A DNA stretch of 64,000 nucleotides. It comes from Actinomycetota bacterium. Lineage in GTDB: Bacteria > Actinomycetota > Thermoleophilia > Gaiellales > F1-60-MAGs149. Below, one piece after another: positions 38,537-47,413 of this stretch (position 1 is its first letter; the number at the start of each line of letters is the position of its first letter). Under the pieces are notes generated by a model. That model was not told the DNA's origin. It saw only the letters and a list, made by a program, of their open reading frames with translations, and searched no databases. The stretch lies in the NCBI GenBank assembly GCA_026392355.1, contig JAPLCF010000030.1, positions 522,259-586,258 of the forward strand, in the 5' to 3' direction. Made by a program: the position numbers and the translations under genes.

Positions 38537-40399
38537 ATGGTGCTGCTGCCAAACCTTTGGGGTGTGCACGGGGCGCCCGCCGCTGGTACGGTGTGCGACC
38601 TGAACACACGGACTCCCCCCATCCCGGCTGCCAGCGACGCTCAAGTTGATGAGCGGCGCGTTCTGTACGAAATCATTCGCACGGTTTCATCGAGCGTTGA
38701 TCTCGAGCAGGTGCTCGGCGCGATCACCGAACTCGTCACCGAACAGACACGCGCCCACGCAACGCTGATCTTCATCGCAGAGGGCCCGGATGAGGACCTC
38801 GTGCTCCAGTCCGTGTCCGACGACACCTATCGCGACCAGATCGGCTCGGTCCGGATGAAGCGCGGCGAGGGGCTGGCCGGCTGGGTGGCCAAGCACCGTG
38901 AGCCGGTCTTCATCGCCGAGAACGCGCTACAGGACCCGCGCGTCAAGTACTTTCCGGAGTTCGAGGAGGAGAAGTACCAGTCGATCGTGTCGGTACCGCT
39001 GATTGCCCCCGATAGCGAGCTGATCGGCGTGATCGCCCTGCACGCTGAAGCACCGCGCGTGTTCACCGAGGAGGACGCGGCCTTCGTGATCCACTCGGCG
39101 TCGCTCGTGGCCTCTGCGATCGTCAACGCGCGTCTCTACGAGGCGGCACGCCGCCGCGTCCGCGAGCTTGAAGGCCTGTCGGCGCTGTCCAACATCGTCT
39201 CGACCGCCACGGCGCTCGACGACCTGCTGCCCGTTGCCGTCGCACGCGCCCTGCCGCTGCTGCAGGCCGAGAGCGCGCACATCTATCTGCTCGACCGCGG
39301 TGATCGCCTGCAGCGTCACGCCTCGGCGCCCGAGGTCGGCGACGCACCGTCGGCCGTGACCGTCAGCGAACTCGCCGAGTCGCGCCGCACGGGCAGCACC
39401 AGCACGGTTCAGGCCACGCTCGGCGCAGCGCTGTGGGGTGCTTCGGCTGAGCCCGGCGCGCTGCTCGTCCCGATGCTCGCGGACGGTGAGGTGCTTGGCG
39501 CGCTGGTCGTGCACACCGCTGCCGGCCGCCGCTTCTCGCCCGACGACCGCGACCTGGCCGCCTCGATCGCCTCCCAGATCGCCGTGGGTATCAAGAAGAT
39601 CCGCCTGATCGAGGGCCTCGAAGAGCGCAACCTGATCAAGGATTTCTTCGCCGATCTCGCCGCCGGGCGCTTCGCCGATGGCCTGTCGTCGCGTGCGCGG
39701 CGTCTCGGCTGTGACTTCGCCCAGCCCAAGTTGGCGCTCGTAGCGATTGGCTGGCGCGACGCCAACGACGAGGAGCGCGCCACCGCGCTGGAGCGCTTCC
39801 GCGCCAACCTCGTGCGCGCCATGCCTGGCGTGCTCATGGACCAGCGCGACGAAGAGGCTGTCGCGCTCGTGCCAGCGCTCGGCACTGACGAAAGCGACTC
39901 GCTCCGCCGGCTCGAGAAGGCGCTTGGCGAAGGGGCGAACCGACTCCCGCTCGTGATTGGCGTCTCCAGCCCGTGTCTCGGGGCCGCCGCCCTGGCGACC
40001 GGCCTGCAGGAGGCGCGCCAGGCCGCGCTCGCCGCCCCGGTGATCGTCGATGCACCTGCCGTTGTGCCCTACGACGGCCTCGGCCCGTACAAGTATCTCC
40101 TGCGCGTGCCACTCGACGGCGACGTCCGCGACCGCCAGCGCGATGCCCTGCGCAAGCTCGGCGAGTACGACCGCCAGCGCCAGGCCCAGCTGACGCGCAC
40201 GCTCGAGGAGTTCCTCCGCCAGCGCGGCAACATCTCGGCCACCGCCCAGGCGCTCTACGTGCACCCGAACACGCTGCGCCAGCGCCTCCGCCGCATCGAG
40301 GCATTGACCGGCATCAGCATCAAGGGCGACGACTGGCTGATGATCGAGATCGCCCTCAAGCTGATCCGCCTCGAAGAGGCGCTCGGCCGCCAAGCGTAG
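38537..40399 (+). CDS. GAF-GAF-PucR-type transcriptional regulator
   Basis: Two GAF-like segments (LYEIIRTVSSSVDLEQVLGAI...GEGLAGWVAKHREPVFI...; LSALSNIVSTATALDDLL...) and a PucR C-terminal HTH (LTRTLEEFLRQRGNISATAQALYVHPNTLRQRLRRIEALTG). Start uncertain. Confidence 0.8.
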   Translation: MVLLPNLWGVHGAPAAGTVCDLNTRTPPIPAASDAQVDERRVLYEIIRTVSSSVDLEQVLGAITELVTEQTRAHATLIFIAEGPDEDLVLQSVSDDTYRDQIGSVRMKRGEGLAGWVAKHREPVFIAENALQDPRVKYFPEFEEEKYQSIVSVPLIAPDSELIGVIALHAEAPRVFTEEDAAFVIHSASLVASAIVNARLYEAARRRVRELEGLSALSNIVSTATALDDLLPVAVARALPLLQAESAHIYLLDRGDRLQRHASAPEVGDAPSAVTVSELAESRRTGSTSTVQATLGAALWGASAEPGALLVPMLADGEVLGALVVHTAAGRRFSPDDRDLAASIASQIAVGIKKIRLIEGLEERNLIKDFFADLAAGRFADGLSSRARRLGCDFAQPKLALVAIGWRDANDEERATALERFRANLVRAMPGVLMDQRDEEAVALVPALGTDESDSLRRLEKALGEGANRLPLVIGVSSPCLGAAALATGLQEARQAALAAPVIVDAPAVVPYDGLGPYKYLLRVPLDGDVRDRQRDALRKLGEYDRQRQAQLTRTLEEFLRQRGNISATAQALYVHPNTLRQRLRRIEALTGISIKGDDWLMIEIALKLIRLEEALGRQA

Positions 40400-40401
40400 G
40401 A

Positions 40402-40508
40402 ATGCTCCAAAGGGGTCAGACCCTTTTGGCGCATGATCACCGGAGCGTCGTGTTCCCCAGTGCGCAGTCACGGTCATGCTCCAAAAGGGTCTGACCCCTT
40501 TGGAGCAT
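40402..40508. repeat. paired 33-bp palindrome element, locus 2
   Basis: 40402-40434 is ATGCTCCAAAGGGGTCAGACCCTTTTGGCGCAT (one mismatch to locus 1). 40476-40508 is ATGCTCCAAAAGGGTCTGACCCCTTTGGAGCAT (identical to locus 1). The 41-nt spacer is unrelated to the locus-1 spacer. Confidence 0.95.
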
Positions 40509-40548
40509 TCCCCACATCGATACCCATCTATATGCCCCGCGCCCTATC

Positions 40549-40905
40549 GTGCCCGTTATGGAAGCGCTGCCGCTCGAGTGCGACACCCCGCTCGTGGCGC
40601 GCGCTATGGGTAATGCCGAGGCCGAGGCTCTGGCTCGCACACTCAAGGCCGTGGCAGACGCCAATCGCGTCAAGATTCTGCACCGGCTGATCTCGGCCTC
40701 GCCGCAGGGCGTCTGTGTCTGCGACCTAACCGAGCCACTCGGGATCGCCCAGCCCAGCGTCAGCTACCACCTGCGCATCTTGCGGCAGGCTGGCCTGATC
40801 GACCGGCGGCAAGACGGGAGCTTTGCCTACTTCTCGGTGCGCGACGAGGCGCTGCGCCGTCTCGCGACGCTGCTCGACCCCACCACGCAGGAGGCATTGG
40901 CATGA
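40549..40905 (+). CDS. arsR: ArsR/SmtB-family metalloregulator
   Basis: [53 protein letters not shown], a wHTH with a CVC-type metalloid site. The stop overlaps the next start (ATGA). Confidence 0.85.
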   Translation: MPVMEALPLECDTPLVARAMGNAEAEALARTLKAVADANRVKILHRLISASPQGVCVCDLTEPLGIAQPSVSYHLRILRQAGLIDRRQDGSFAYFSVRDEALRRLATLLDPTTQEALA

Positions 40906-41924
40906 GTGCTCCCATCCGCATCGGAATCAATGGCTTCGGCCGCATCGGGCGGCTCGCGCTGCGCGCTGGGTGGGACTGGCCCGAATTCGAGTTCGTGCAC
41001 ATCAACGAGGCCAATGGCGATGCAGAAACCTGTGCGCATCTCCTTGAGTTCGACTCCGTGCACGGCCGCTGGCCGCATGCCGTGGCCGCCGAAGGCGATG
41101 CACTCTCGATCGACGGCACGCTGATCTCAACGTCCACTGAGTCCGATCCGGCCGCAATTCCGTGGGGCGACATGGGCATCGACCTCGTGCTCGAGGCGAG
41201 CGGCCAGTTCCGCACCCTGGAGACGCTGCAACCGCACTTCGACAATGGCGCACGCAAGGTCATCGTCGCGGCGCCCGTCAAGGACCCGGCGGCGCTCAAC
41301 GTCGTGGTGGGCATCAACGACCACCTCTACGACCCGAGCGTCCACGACATCGTGACGGCGGCCTCGTGCACGACGAACTGCCTGGCCCCTGTCGTCAAGG
41401 TGATCCACGAGGGTCTTGGCATCCGCCACGGCCTGATCACCACGCTGCACGACGTGACCAACACGCAGACGATCGTTGATGCGCCCCATAAGGATCTGCG
41501 CCGCGCCCGCGCCGCAAGCATGTCGCTGATTCCCACTACGACGGGCTCGGCCACCGCAATCGGGCTGATTTTCCCTGAGCTCCAGGGCAAGCTGAATGGG
41601 CTCGCCGTGCGCGTGCCACTCCTCAACGCTTCGCTGACCGACTGCGTGTTCGAGGTCGCGCGCGAGACCACCGTCGAGGAGGTCAACGGCCTGCTGCGCG
41701 CGGCCAGCGAAGGGCCGCTCGGCCACGTGCTCGGCTACGAGGAGCGCCCGCTCGTCTCGATCGACTACAAGGACGATCCGCGCTCGTCGATCGTCGACGC
41801 GCCCTCGACGATGGTTGTCGGCGGCACGCAGGTGAAGATCCTCGCCTGGTACGACAACGAGTGGGGCTACGCCAACCGCTACGCGGAACTGGCGCGCATG
41901 GTCGGCGCTCGCCTGCCCGAGTAG
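40902..41924 (+). CDS. glyceraldehyde-3-phosphate dehydrogenase, ars-cluster type
   Basis: [13 protein letters not shown], active site [18 protein letters not shown]. It sits between arsR and an ArsJ-like MFS gene. Confidence 0.9.
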   Translation: MSAPIRIGINGFGRIGRLALRAGWDWPEFEFVHINEANGDAETCAHLLEFDSVHGRWPHAVAAEGDALSIDGTLISTSTESDPAAIPWGDMGIDLVLEASGQFRTLETLQPHFDNGARKVIVAAPVKDPAALNVVVGINDHLYDPSVHDIVTAASCTTNCLAPVVKVIHEGLGIRHGLITTLHDVTNTQTIVDAPHKDLRRARAASMSLIPTTTGSATAIGLIFPELQGKLNGLAVRVPLLNASLTDCVFEVARETTVEEVNGLLRAASEGPLGHVLGYEERPLVSIDYKDDPRSSIVDAPSTMVVGGTQVKILAWYDNEWGYANRYAELARMVGARLPE

Positions 41925-41934
41925 GATCGATGCG

Positions 41935-43170
41935 ATGAGCGCTTCTGCCCGCGCCGGAGATCTGCGCAACTACGCGCTGGTAACGGCGGCCTACTGGGCG
42001 GACACGATCACGGACGGCGCGATCCGGATCCTCGTCCTCTTCTACTTCTACGACCTCGGCTACAGCCCACTCGAGGTCGCCACGCTATTCGTGTTCTACG
42101 AGGCGTTCGGCATCGTCACGAACCTGTTCGGTGGCTGGCTGGCGGCGCGGTTCGGCCTTAAGTCGACGCTGATATCGGGCCTCGCGCTCCAACTCGGAGC
42201 GCTGCTCATGCTCGCGCTCGCCCCCGATCCCTGGCTCGTGGTGCCGTACGTGATGGCCTCGCAGGCCGTCAGCGGCGTGGCCAAGGACCTGACCAAGATG
42301 AGTTCGAAGAGCGCGGTCAAGCTGGTCGTGCCCGAAGGCTCATCGGATGCCCTCTTCAAGTGGGTCGCGATCCTGACGGGCTCGAAGAACGCGCTCAAGG
42401 GCGTCGGCTTCTTCATCGGCGGCCTGCTGCTCACGCTCGTCGGCTTTCAGTCCGCCCTCGGCCTACTCGTCGTGCTGGTGGGCGCGGCATTGGTGCTCGT
42501 GCTCGTCGCCGTGCACGGGCAACTCGGCAAGCCCGATGCCAAGGCGCGCTTCCGGCATATGTTCTCGAACAACCGGGCGGTGAACCTGCTCGCGGCGGCG
42601 CGGATCTTTCTGTTTGCCTCACGTGACGTCTGGTTCGTCGTCGGTCTCCCCGTGTTTCTCCGCAGTGTGCTCGGCTGGACGTTCTGGGAGGTCGGCACCT
42701 TCATGGCGATCTGGGTGATCGGCTACGGCATCGTGCAGGCCTTCGCGCCGCAACTGCTGCGTCGCACGGGCCAGCCGACCGGGTTCACCGCCGCGTGGCT
42801 CGCCTTCGTCCTGGCACTGCTGCCCGCCGGTATTGCGATCGCCCTCGCGCTGGACTTCGACCCTGCGACCGTGCTCGTCGTGGGGCTGATCATTTTCGGC
42901 ATCGTCTTCGCGCTCAACTCCGCCGTGCACTCGTTCCTGATCCTGCACTACGCCGACGGTGACAAGGTCGCGATGAACGTTGGCTTTTACTACATGGCGA
43001 ACGCCGGTGGCCGGCTGGCAGGCACGATCCTGTCGGGCCTGCTGTACCAGTGGCAGGGGCTCGAAGCGTGCCTCTGGGCCTCGGCCGCGATGGTGTTGGC
43101 GGCGGGCGTGATCTCGCTGCTGTTGCCGCGCGTGTCGTCTCCCGCGAAGCCTGTCGCTCCACTGAACTGA
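41935..43170 (+). CDS. arsJ: ArsJ-like MFS permease (organoarsenical efflux)
   Basis: 411-aa MFS protein. The N-terminus NYALVTAAYWADTITDGAIRILVLFYFYDLGYSPLEVATLFVFYEAFGIVTNLFGGWLAARFG resembles ArsJ as I remember it, and the arsR and gapdh context supports the call. Confidence 0.75.
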   Translation: MSASARAGDLRNYALVTAAYWADTITDGAIRILVLFYFYDLGYSPLEVATLFVFYEAFGIVTNLFGGWLAARFGLKSTLISGLALQLGALLMLALAPDPWLVVPYVMASQAVSGVAKDLTKMSSKSAVKLVVPEGSSDALFKWVAILTGSKNALKGVGFFIGGLLLTLVGFQSALGLLVVLVGAALVLVLVAVHGQLGKPDAKARFRHMFSNNRAVNLLAAARIFLFASRDVWFVVGLPVFLRSVLGWTFWEVGTFMAIWVIGYGIVQAFAPQLLRRTGQPTGFTAAWLAFVLALLPAGIAIALALDFDPATVLVVGLIIFGIVFALNSAVHSFLILHYADGDKVAMNVGFYYMANAGGRLAGTILSGLLYQWQGLEACLWASAAMVLAAGVISLLLPRVSSPAKPVAPLN

Positions 43171-43177
43171 TCGCGTC

Positions 43178-43369
43178 TGACGACGCGAGGGCCTTGAGGT
43201 GGCTCGGCCGGAAACGGCCGATTCACCTCAAGGTCATCGCGTCGCCTGGTCTTGAGATCCTCAGGAAACCCTTGCCACTGCTGGCGACGTTGATCAACCA
43301 AGGCGACGGGATCACCTCGAGGTGAATCGGTCTATGCAGACCGAGCCACCTCGAGGTGGTCACGTCGTC
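43178..43369. repeat. MITE-like palindromic element family 1, inverted-orientation copy
   Basis: TGACGACGCGAGGGCCTTGAGGTGGCTCGGCCGGAAACGGCCGATTCACCTC...core...CCTCGAGGTGAATCGGTCTATGCAGACCGAGCCACCTCGAGGTGGTCACGTCGTC. The core is the reverse complement of the 23.6-kb copy core, mostly identical by eye. The element fills the whole arsJ/etfA convergent gap. Confidence 0.9.
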
Positions 43370-44346
43370 TAACCGCGAGCCTTGATCAGCTCGGTCAGCT
43401 TCGGGACGATCGTGTTGAGATCGCCGACGATGCCGAAGTCGGCGTAGTCGAAGATCGGCGCGTTCTTGTCCTTGTTGATCGCGACGATCGTGCCGGAGCC
43501 CTGCATGCCGACCTTGTGCTGGATTGCGCCGGAGATGCCGCACGCGATGTACAGCTTCGGCGTGACGGTCTTGCCCGTCTGGCCAACCTGGGCGCTGTAG
43601 GGATACCAGCCGGCGTCAACGACGGCACGCGTTGCCGCGACAGCGCCACCGAACGCGCTGGCGCACTCCTCGATGGCGGCGAAGCCCGCAGCGTCACCGA
43701 GGCCGCGGCCACCGGCCACGAGCACCTCTGCAGCGCCAATGTCGGGACCGGAATCCTCGGCATCCTCATGGCCAACCAGCTGAACGGCCTGCGAGTACGC
43801 CTTAAACGTCGGCGAGAAGCGCTCGACCGGGGCCGAGCCACCGTTGCCCTCCGTCGCCGCGAAGGCGTTGGAGCGCGTGACGACAACACCGACCGGCGTC
43901 GTGAAGCCACAGTGCGCGAGCACGGAGTCGCCGAGGCCCGAGCGGCGGGTGACAAGCGCTCCGCCCTCCGCGTGAAGCTCGACGGCGTCGATCACGATGC
44001 CGGCACCGAGGCGCGCGGCAAGGCCCGCCATGGCGTCGGCCGACATGATCGAAGCACCGGCGAGCCAGTAGCGATACTGGCCGCTCTCCTGCGCCGAGGC
44101 GCAGGCATCGACGACGGGCTGCGCAATGCCGCTGGCGAGCGCGGCGTCATCCGCCACACGCACTTTCGAGGCACCGAAACCGCCAAGCGCACCCATCGCG
44201 GCGTCGTCCAGGCCGGAGCCGCAGACGATCGCCTCGACCGGCTCGCCGAGTGCCGCGCCCAGACGGGCCGCCTCTTCGAGCACCCCGAGGGAGCCCTTGG
44301 CGATCTCGCCGCCCTGAACCTCACAGAGAACTGCGATGCCAGCCAT
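43369..44346 (-). CDS. etfA: electron transfer flavoprotein subunit alpha
   Basis: 325 aa; C-terminal FAD motif [37 protein letters not shown]. Confidence 0.92.
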   Translation of the reverse strand: MAGIAVLCEVQGGEIAKGSLGVLEEAARLGAALGEPVEAIVCGSGLDDAAMGALGGFGASKVRVADDAALASGIAQPVVDACASAQESGQYRYWLAGASIMSADAMAGLAARLGAGIVIDAVELHAEGGALVTRRSGLGDSVLAHCGFTTPVGVVVTRSNAFAATEGNGGSAPVERFSPTFKAYSQAVQLVGHEDAEDSGPDIGAAEVLVAGGRGLGDAAGFAAIEECASAFGGAVAATRAVVDAGWYPYSAQVGQTGKTVTPKLYIACGISGAIQHKVGMQGSGTIVAINKDKNAPIFDYADFGIVGDLNTIVPKLTELIKARG

Positions 44347-45131
44347 TACGCGACCACCTTCTTCTCAAGTAGGAATGCAACGAGCTGATCAGCTGCCGAA
44401 CCGTCATCCTCGATGACGATCGTGTCGCCACGACCCTCGGGCTTCGAGAGACCGCCAACGGTCGTGCCAGCGCCTGCGGCGCCGACCGTGCTGGCGTCAA
44501 CACCCAGGTCGGCCAACGACAGGACTTCATGCGGCTTGCGCTTGGCGCCCATGATGGCGGGCAGCGGTGGGTAGCGCGGGTCGTTGATCGCGTCGGAGAC
44601 CGACACGACGCACGGCGTCGCGGCCTTGACGGTGTCGTAGCCCGTCTCGACCTGACGCTTGACGGTGACAGCGCCATCGGCGAGCTCAATCGAAGCGGCC
44701 TGCGTGACACACGGCAGCTCGAGCAGCTCGGCGACCAGGCCAGCCATCACGTACGACTCGGAGTCTGCAGCCTGCTGGCCGAGCAGGATCAGGTCGTAGT
44801 TGCCACGCTTGAGCGCAGCAGCGAGGATGCGAGCGGTGCCCAGCAGATCGCTGCCGGCAGCTGCTTCGTCGGCGATGTGGACGGACTGATCGCCGCCCTG
44901 GGCCAGCGCGCGGTCGACGGAGCGGTTTGCGCTCTCGGGACCGACCGTGACGATGGTGATCTCCGCGTCGGGCGCCGGGCCCTCCTTGATCTGGACGGCC
45001 GCCTCGATCGCATGGCGATCGTACGGGTTGAGCGTGTTCTCGCCGCTACGGACGAGTCGATTGGTGCCCGCGTCGATCCGCTTCTCAGCGGTCGGGTCTG
45101 GGACTTCCTTGACGCAGATCGCGATGCGCAC
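44346..45131 (-). CDS. etfB: electron transfer flavoprotein subunit beta
   Basis: GTG start behind AGGAGG: (M)RIAICVKEVPDPTAEKRID...NPYDRHAIEAA. The stop overlaps the etfA start (TAATG). Confidence 0.9.
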   Translation of the reverse strand: MRIAICVKEVPDPTAEKRIDAGTNRLVRSGENTLNPYDRHAIEAAVQIKEGPAPDAEITIVTVGPESANRSVDRALAQGGDQSVHIADEAAAGSDLLGTARILAAALKRGNYDLILLGQQAADSESYVMAGLVAELLELPCVTQAASIELADGAVTVKRQVETGYDTVKAATPCVVSVSDAINDPRYPPLPAIMGAKRKPHEVLSLADLGVDASTVGAAGAGTTVGGLSKPEGRGDTIVIEDDGSAADQLVAFLLEKKVVA

Positions 45132-45194
45132 GTGTTTGCCTCCTGAAGATGCCGTTGGCAACGATACCCAACGTCACCGATTGATTCGCCGGGT

Positions 45195-45470
45195 TCAGGC
45201 TGCGCGGCTGAATGGACCGCGACGACGAACCCAGCGGCGACGGGCGGTGACCACCGGCACGGGGATGTCTGCGCCCCGTGCTGCGGCAATGCCAGCGGCG
45301 ACGACGGCTTCCTCGATATGCCCCGCGCGGCGCAGGATCGTGCTGGCCAGCGCCACCTCATCGGCGGGCGAGCAGTCGTCCTCGACGATGCCGCGCGCTA
45401 ACTCGACGGCGACGTCGCGGCGATAGGCGCCCTGATCCATCAGGTAGCAGGCTGCACGGGCTGCGCTCAT
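45195..45470 (-). CDS. hypothetical protein (about 91 aa)
   Basis: ORF from MSAARAACYLMDQGAYRRDVAVELARGIVEDD..., upstream of etfB. Codon bias is moderately consistent with coding. I recognise no family. Confidence 0.35.
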   Translation of the reverse strand: MSAARAACYLMDQGAYRRDVAVELARGIVEDDCSPADEVALASTILRRAGHIEEAVVAAGIAAARGADIPVPVVTARRRWVRRRGPFSRAA

Positions 45471-45504
45471 GGCCCCCAACCTACCCCCGCTCAACGCCCT
45501 ATGT

Positions 45505-45670
45505 GATCGGGTTCACGATTCCTGCCGGATTCCCAACACAATCCCAACATCCGCGTTCACCATCAAAACGCGCTGGCCGCGGGCGAACATCGTCGCTTTC
45601 CCGCCGAATTGTGAACCGCGTCGGCGACCTTCACCAGTCCGGAACGCAACCGCGCCAATCACTTCACCCA
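45505..45670. promoter_or_regulatory. candidate PhoP/PHO-box-like repeat region upstream of the secreted-protein/pst cluster
   Basis: (G/C)TTCAC(C) occurs five times: GTTCAC at 45511 and 45555, GTGAAC (inverted) at 45611, CTTCACC at 45629 and 45662. Same-strand copies are spaced 44 and 33 nt apart, both multiples of 11. Confidence 0.3.
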
Positions 45671-45736
45671 TCGCCTTACGGCGGCTCCTTACGGTACTGC
45701 TTGACCGCGATACACGCGGGGTCCCTAAGGAGGATC

Positions 45737-46462
45737 ATGAACCGGAAAGGTCGTCTCATCGCGCTCGGCATCTGCGCGGCGATTGGAGCGGCGTTCGCTG
45801 TGCCGTCGATCGTCGGTGCAGACGCACCCGTCCCGCTCGCTCGCAACTCCTACGCCGTCAGCGGCTTCAAGGTGTCGCCGGAGGGCAAGCAGGTTCGTTC
45901 GATCGTTCCTACGAACAGCAAGGGCAAGTTCCCGCTGCGGACCATGGATCTGAGCCAGGTGCCGTGGGGCACGACGATGACCGGCGTGGTCGGCATCGAG
46001 TTCACCAACCCCACGAACTGCGGCTCGTCGCCGGCGTTTACCTACAGCGCCACCAGCCGTGCCTGCCAGAACTCGTTCGGTGCAGGCGTTTCGTTCCCGC
46101 TGCAGCTGCCCAAGCCGCTGCGCAATGCCAAGGTCGGCATCCTCGGTGGCCTCAACGAGAACGGCGAGTGCGCCGGCTCGTTCGACAAGCCGTCGGCTCC
46201 GGCTGGCTTCCTCTGCGTCTACCCGGGTAACACCGGCTCGGCCGCTGAGTACTTCGATAAGAGCGAAGCCGACATCTTCAACATCTCGAAGAACGGCGAC
46301 GGCTCCTACGCCGTTGAGGTCTTCCCGCTGACGGGCAACGCCTCGAAGCACGGCTTCCGCGTGACCGCACAGGGTGCGATTGCCGGTGCGGCCAAGTTCT
46401 ACGGCACGTGGGCCTACACGGCTCCGACCAAGGAAATCCCCCTCACGGAGTCGGCCTCCTAG
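45737..46462 (+). CDS. secreted protein of unknown function (241 aa)
   Basis: AAGGAGG lies 6 nt upstream of the ATG. Signal peptide MNRKGRLIALGICAAIGAAFAVPSIVGADA. The mature part has six Cys and I recognise no family. It sits directly upstream of pstS. Confidence 0.65.
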   Translation: MNRKGRLIALGICAAIGAAFAVPSIVGADAPVPLARNSYAVSGFKVSPEGKQVRSIVPTNSKGKFPLRTMDLSQVPWGTTMTGVVGIEFTNPTNCGSSPAFTYSATSRACQNSFGAGVSFPLQLPKPLRNAKVGILGGLNENGECAGSFDKPSAPAGFLCVYPGNTGSAAEYFDKSEADIFNISKNGDGSYAVEVFPLTGNASKHGFRVTAQGAIAGAAKFYGTWAYTAPTKEIPLTESAS

Positions 46463-46492
46463 GCCCCTCCGAGTAAGCAGAAAGGTATACAC

Positions 46493-47338
46493 ATGAAGAT
46501 GCGACTTCTCATCCTCGTCGCCGCTCTGATGGCCACCATGGTCGTCACCGCGCCGGCATTCGCTGTCACGAAGATCGTCACGGGCGGCTCCACGGGCCTC
46601 CAGATCCTCGGCTCGGCACTCGCGTCGCAGTACGGCAAGGACTCGGGCGGCAAGTACCGCGTCACCGTCTCGGGCGGTGGCTCGGGCGCCGGCCAGACCG
46701 GTGCGGCCAACGGCACGTTCCAGATCGGCAACTCGTCGTCGGACAAGTCGTCCTCGACGCCGGCCGGCCTGACGTTCACGCCGATCACGAAGGAGCCCTT
46801 CGCGATCATCGTCAACAAGTCCAACCCGGTCAAGGGGCTCACGGCCGCGCAGGTCAAGGCCATCTTCTCCGGCCAGGTCACCAACTGGAAGGACGTCGGC
46901 TGGGCCTCGGGCGGAGCGATCAAGTGCTTCTCGCGCGTTGCCACCTCCGGCACCCGCCAGTCGTTCCAGAAGCTCTTCCTGGGTAGCATCAGCACGCCCG
47001 TGTCGAACTCGTGCCCGGCGCTCGCGTCGAACGCACTCGACCGCTCGGCTGTTGCCAACTCGAAGTCGGGTATCGCGTTCGTGACGTACGCGTACACGAT
47101 CGGCTCGGGTGGCACGACCGTCAAGACGCTGCCGATCGACGGCGTCTCGCCGTCGCTGACCAACGTGGTCGCCAATAAGTACAAGTTCTGGAACTGCCAG
47201 TACTTCGTCACCAAGGGCGAGCCCGCTGGTGATGTCGCCACGTACATCAACTGGGTGCGCAGCGCCAAGGGTGCGGCAGTCATCAAGAGCTACGCCGTCC
47301 CGTTCACGGGCACCTACGACCAGTGCATCGCGGGCTAG
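46493..47338 (+). CDS. pstS: phosphate ABC transporter substrate-binding protein (PstS family)
   Basis: Signal peptide, then GGSTGLQILGSALASQY...VSGGGSGAGQTGAANGTFQIGNSS...SGTRQSF, a PBP-like phosphate-binding pattern. pstCAB follow. Confidence 0.85.
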   Translation: MKMRLLILVAALMATMVVTAPAFAVTKIVTGGSTGLQILGSALASQYGKDSGGKYRVTVSGGGSGAGQTGAANGTFQIGNSSSDKSSSTPAGLTFTPITKEPFAIIVNKSNPVKGLTAAQVKAIFSGQVTNWKDVGWASGGAIKCFSRVATSGTRQSFQKLFLGSISTPVSNSCPALASNALDRSAVANSKSGIAFVTYAYTIGSGGTTVKTLPIDGVSPSLTNVVANKYKFWNCQYFVTKGEPAGDVATYINWVRSAKGAAVIKSYAVPFTGTYDQCIAG

Positions 47339-47359
47339 TTCCAGCCTGACGACACTACC

Positions 47360-47393
47360 GCGAGGGAGCCGGGCCGCGGCCCGGCTCCCTCGC
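47360..47393 (+). terminator. intercistronic hairpin between pstS and pstC (partial terminator or processing site)
   Basis: 15-bp perfect stem GCGAGGGAGCCGGGC-cgcg-GCCCGGCTCCCTCGC with no strong U-tract. Confidence 0.6.
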
Positions 47394-47413
47394 ACTGATT
47401 CCCCCACACCACC

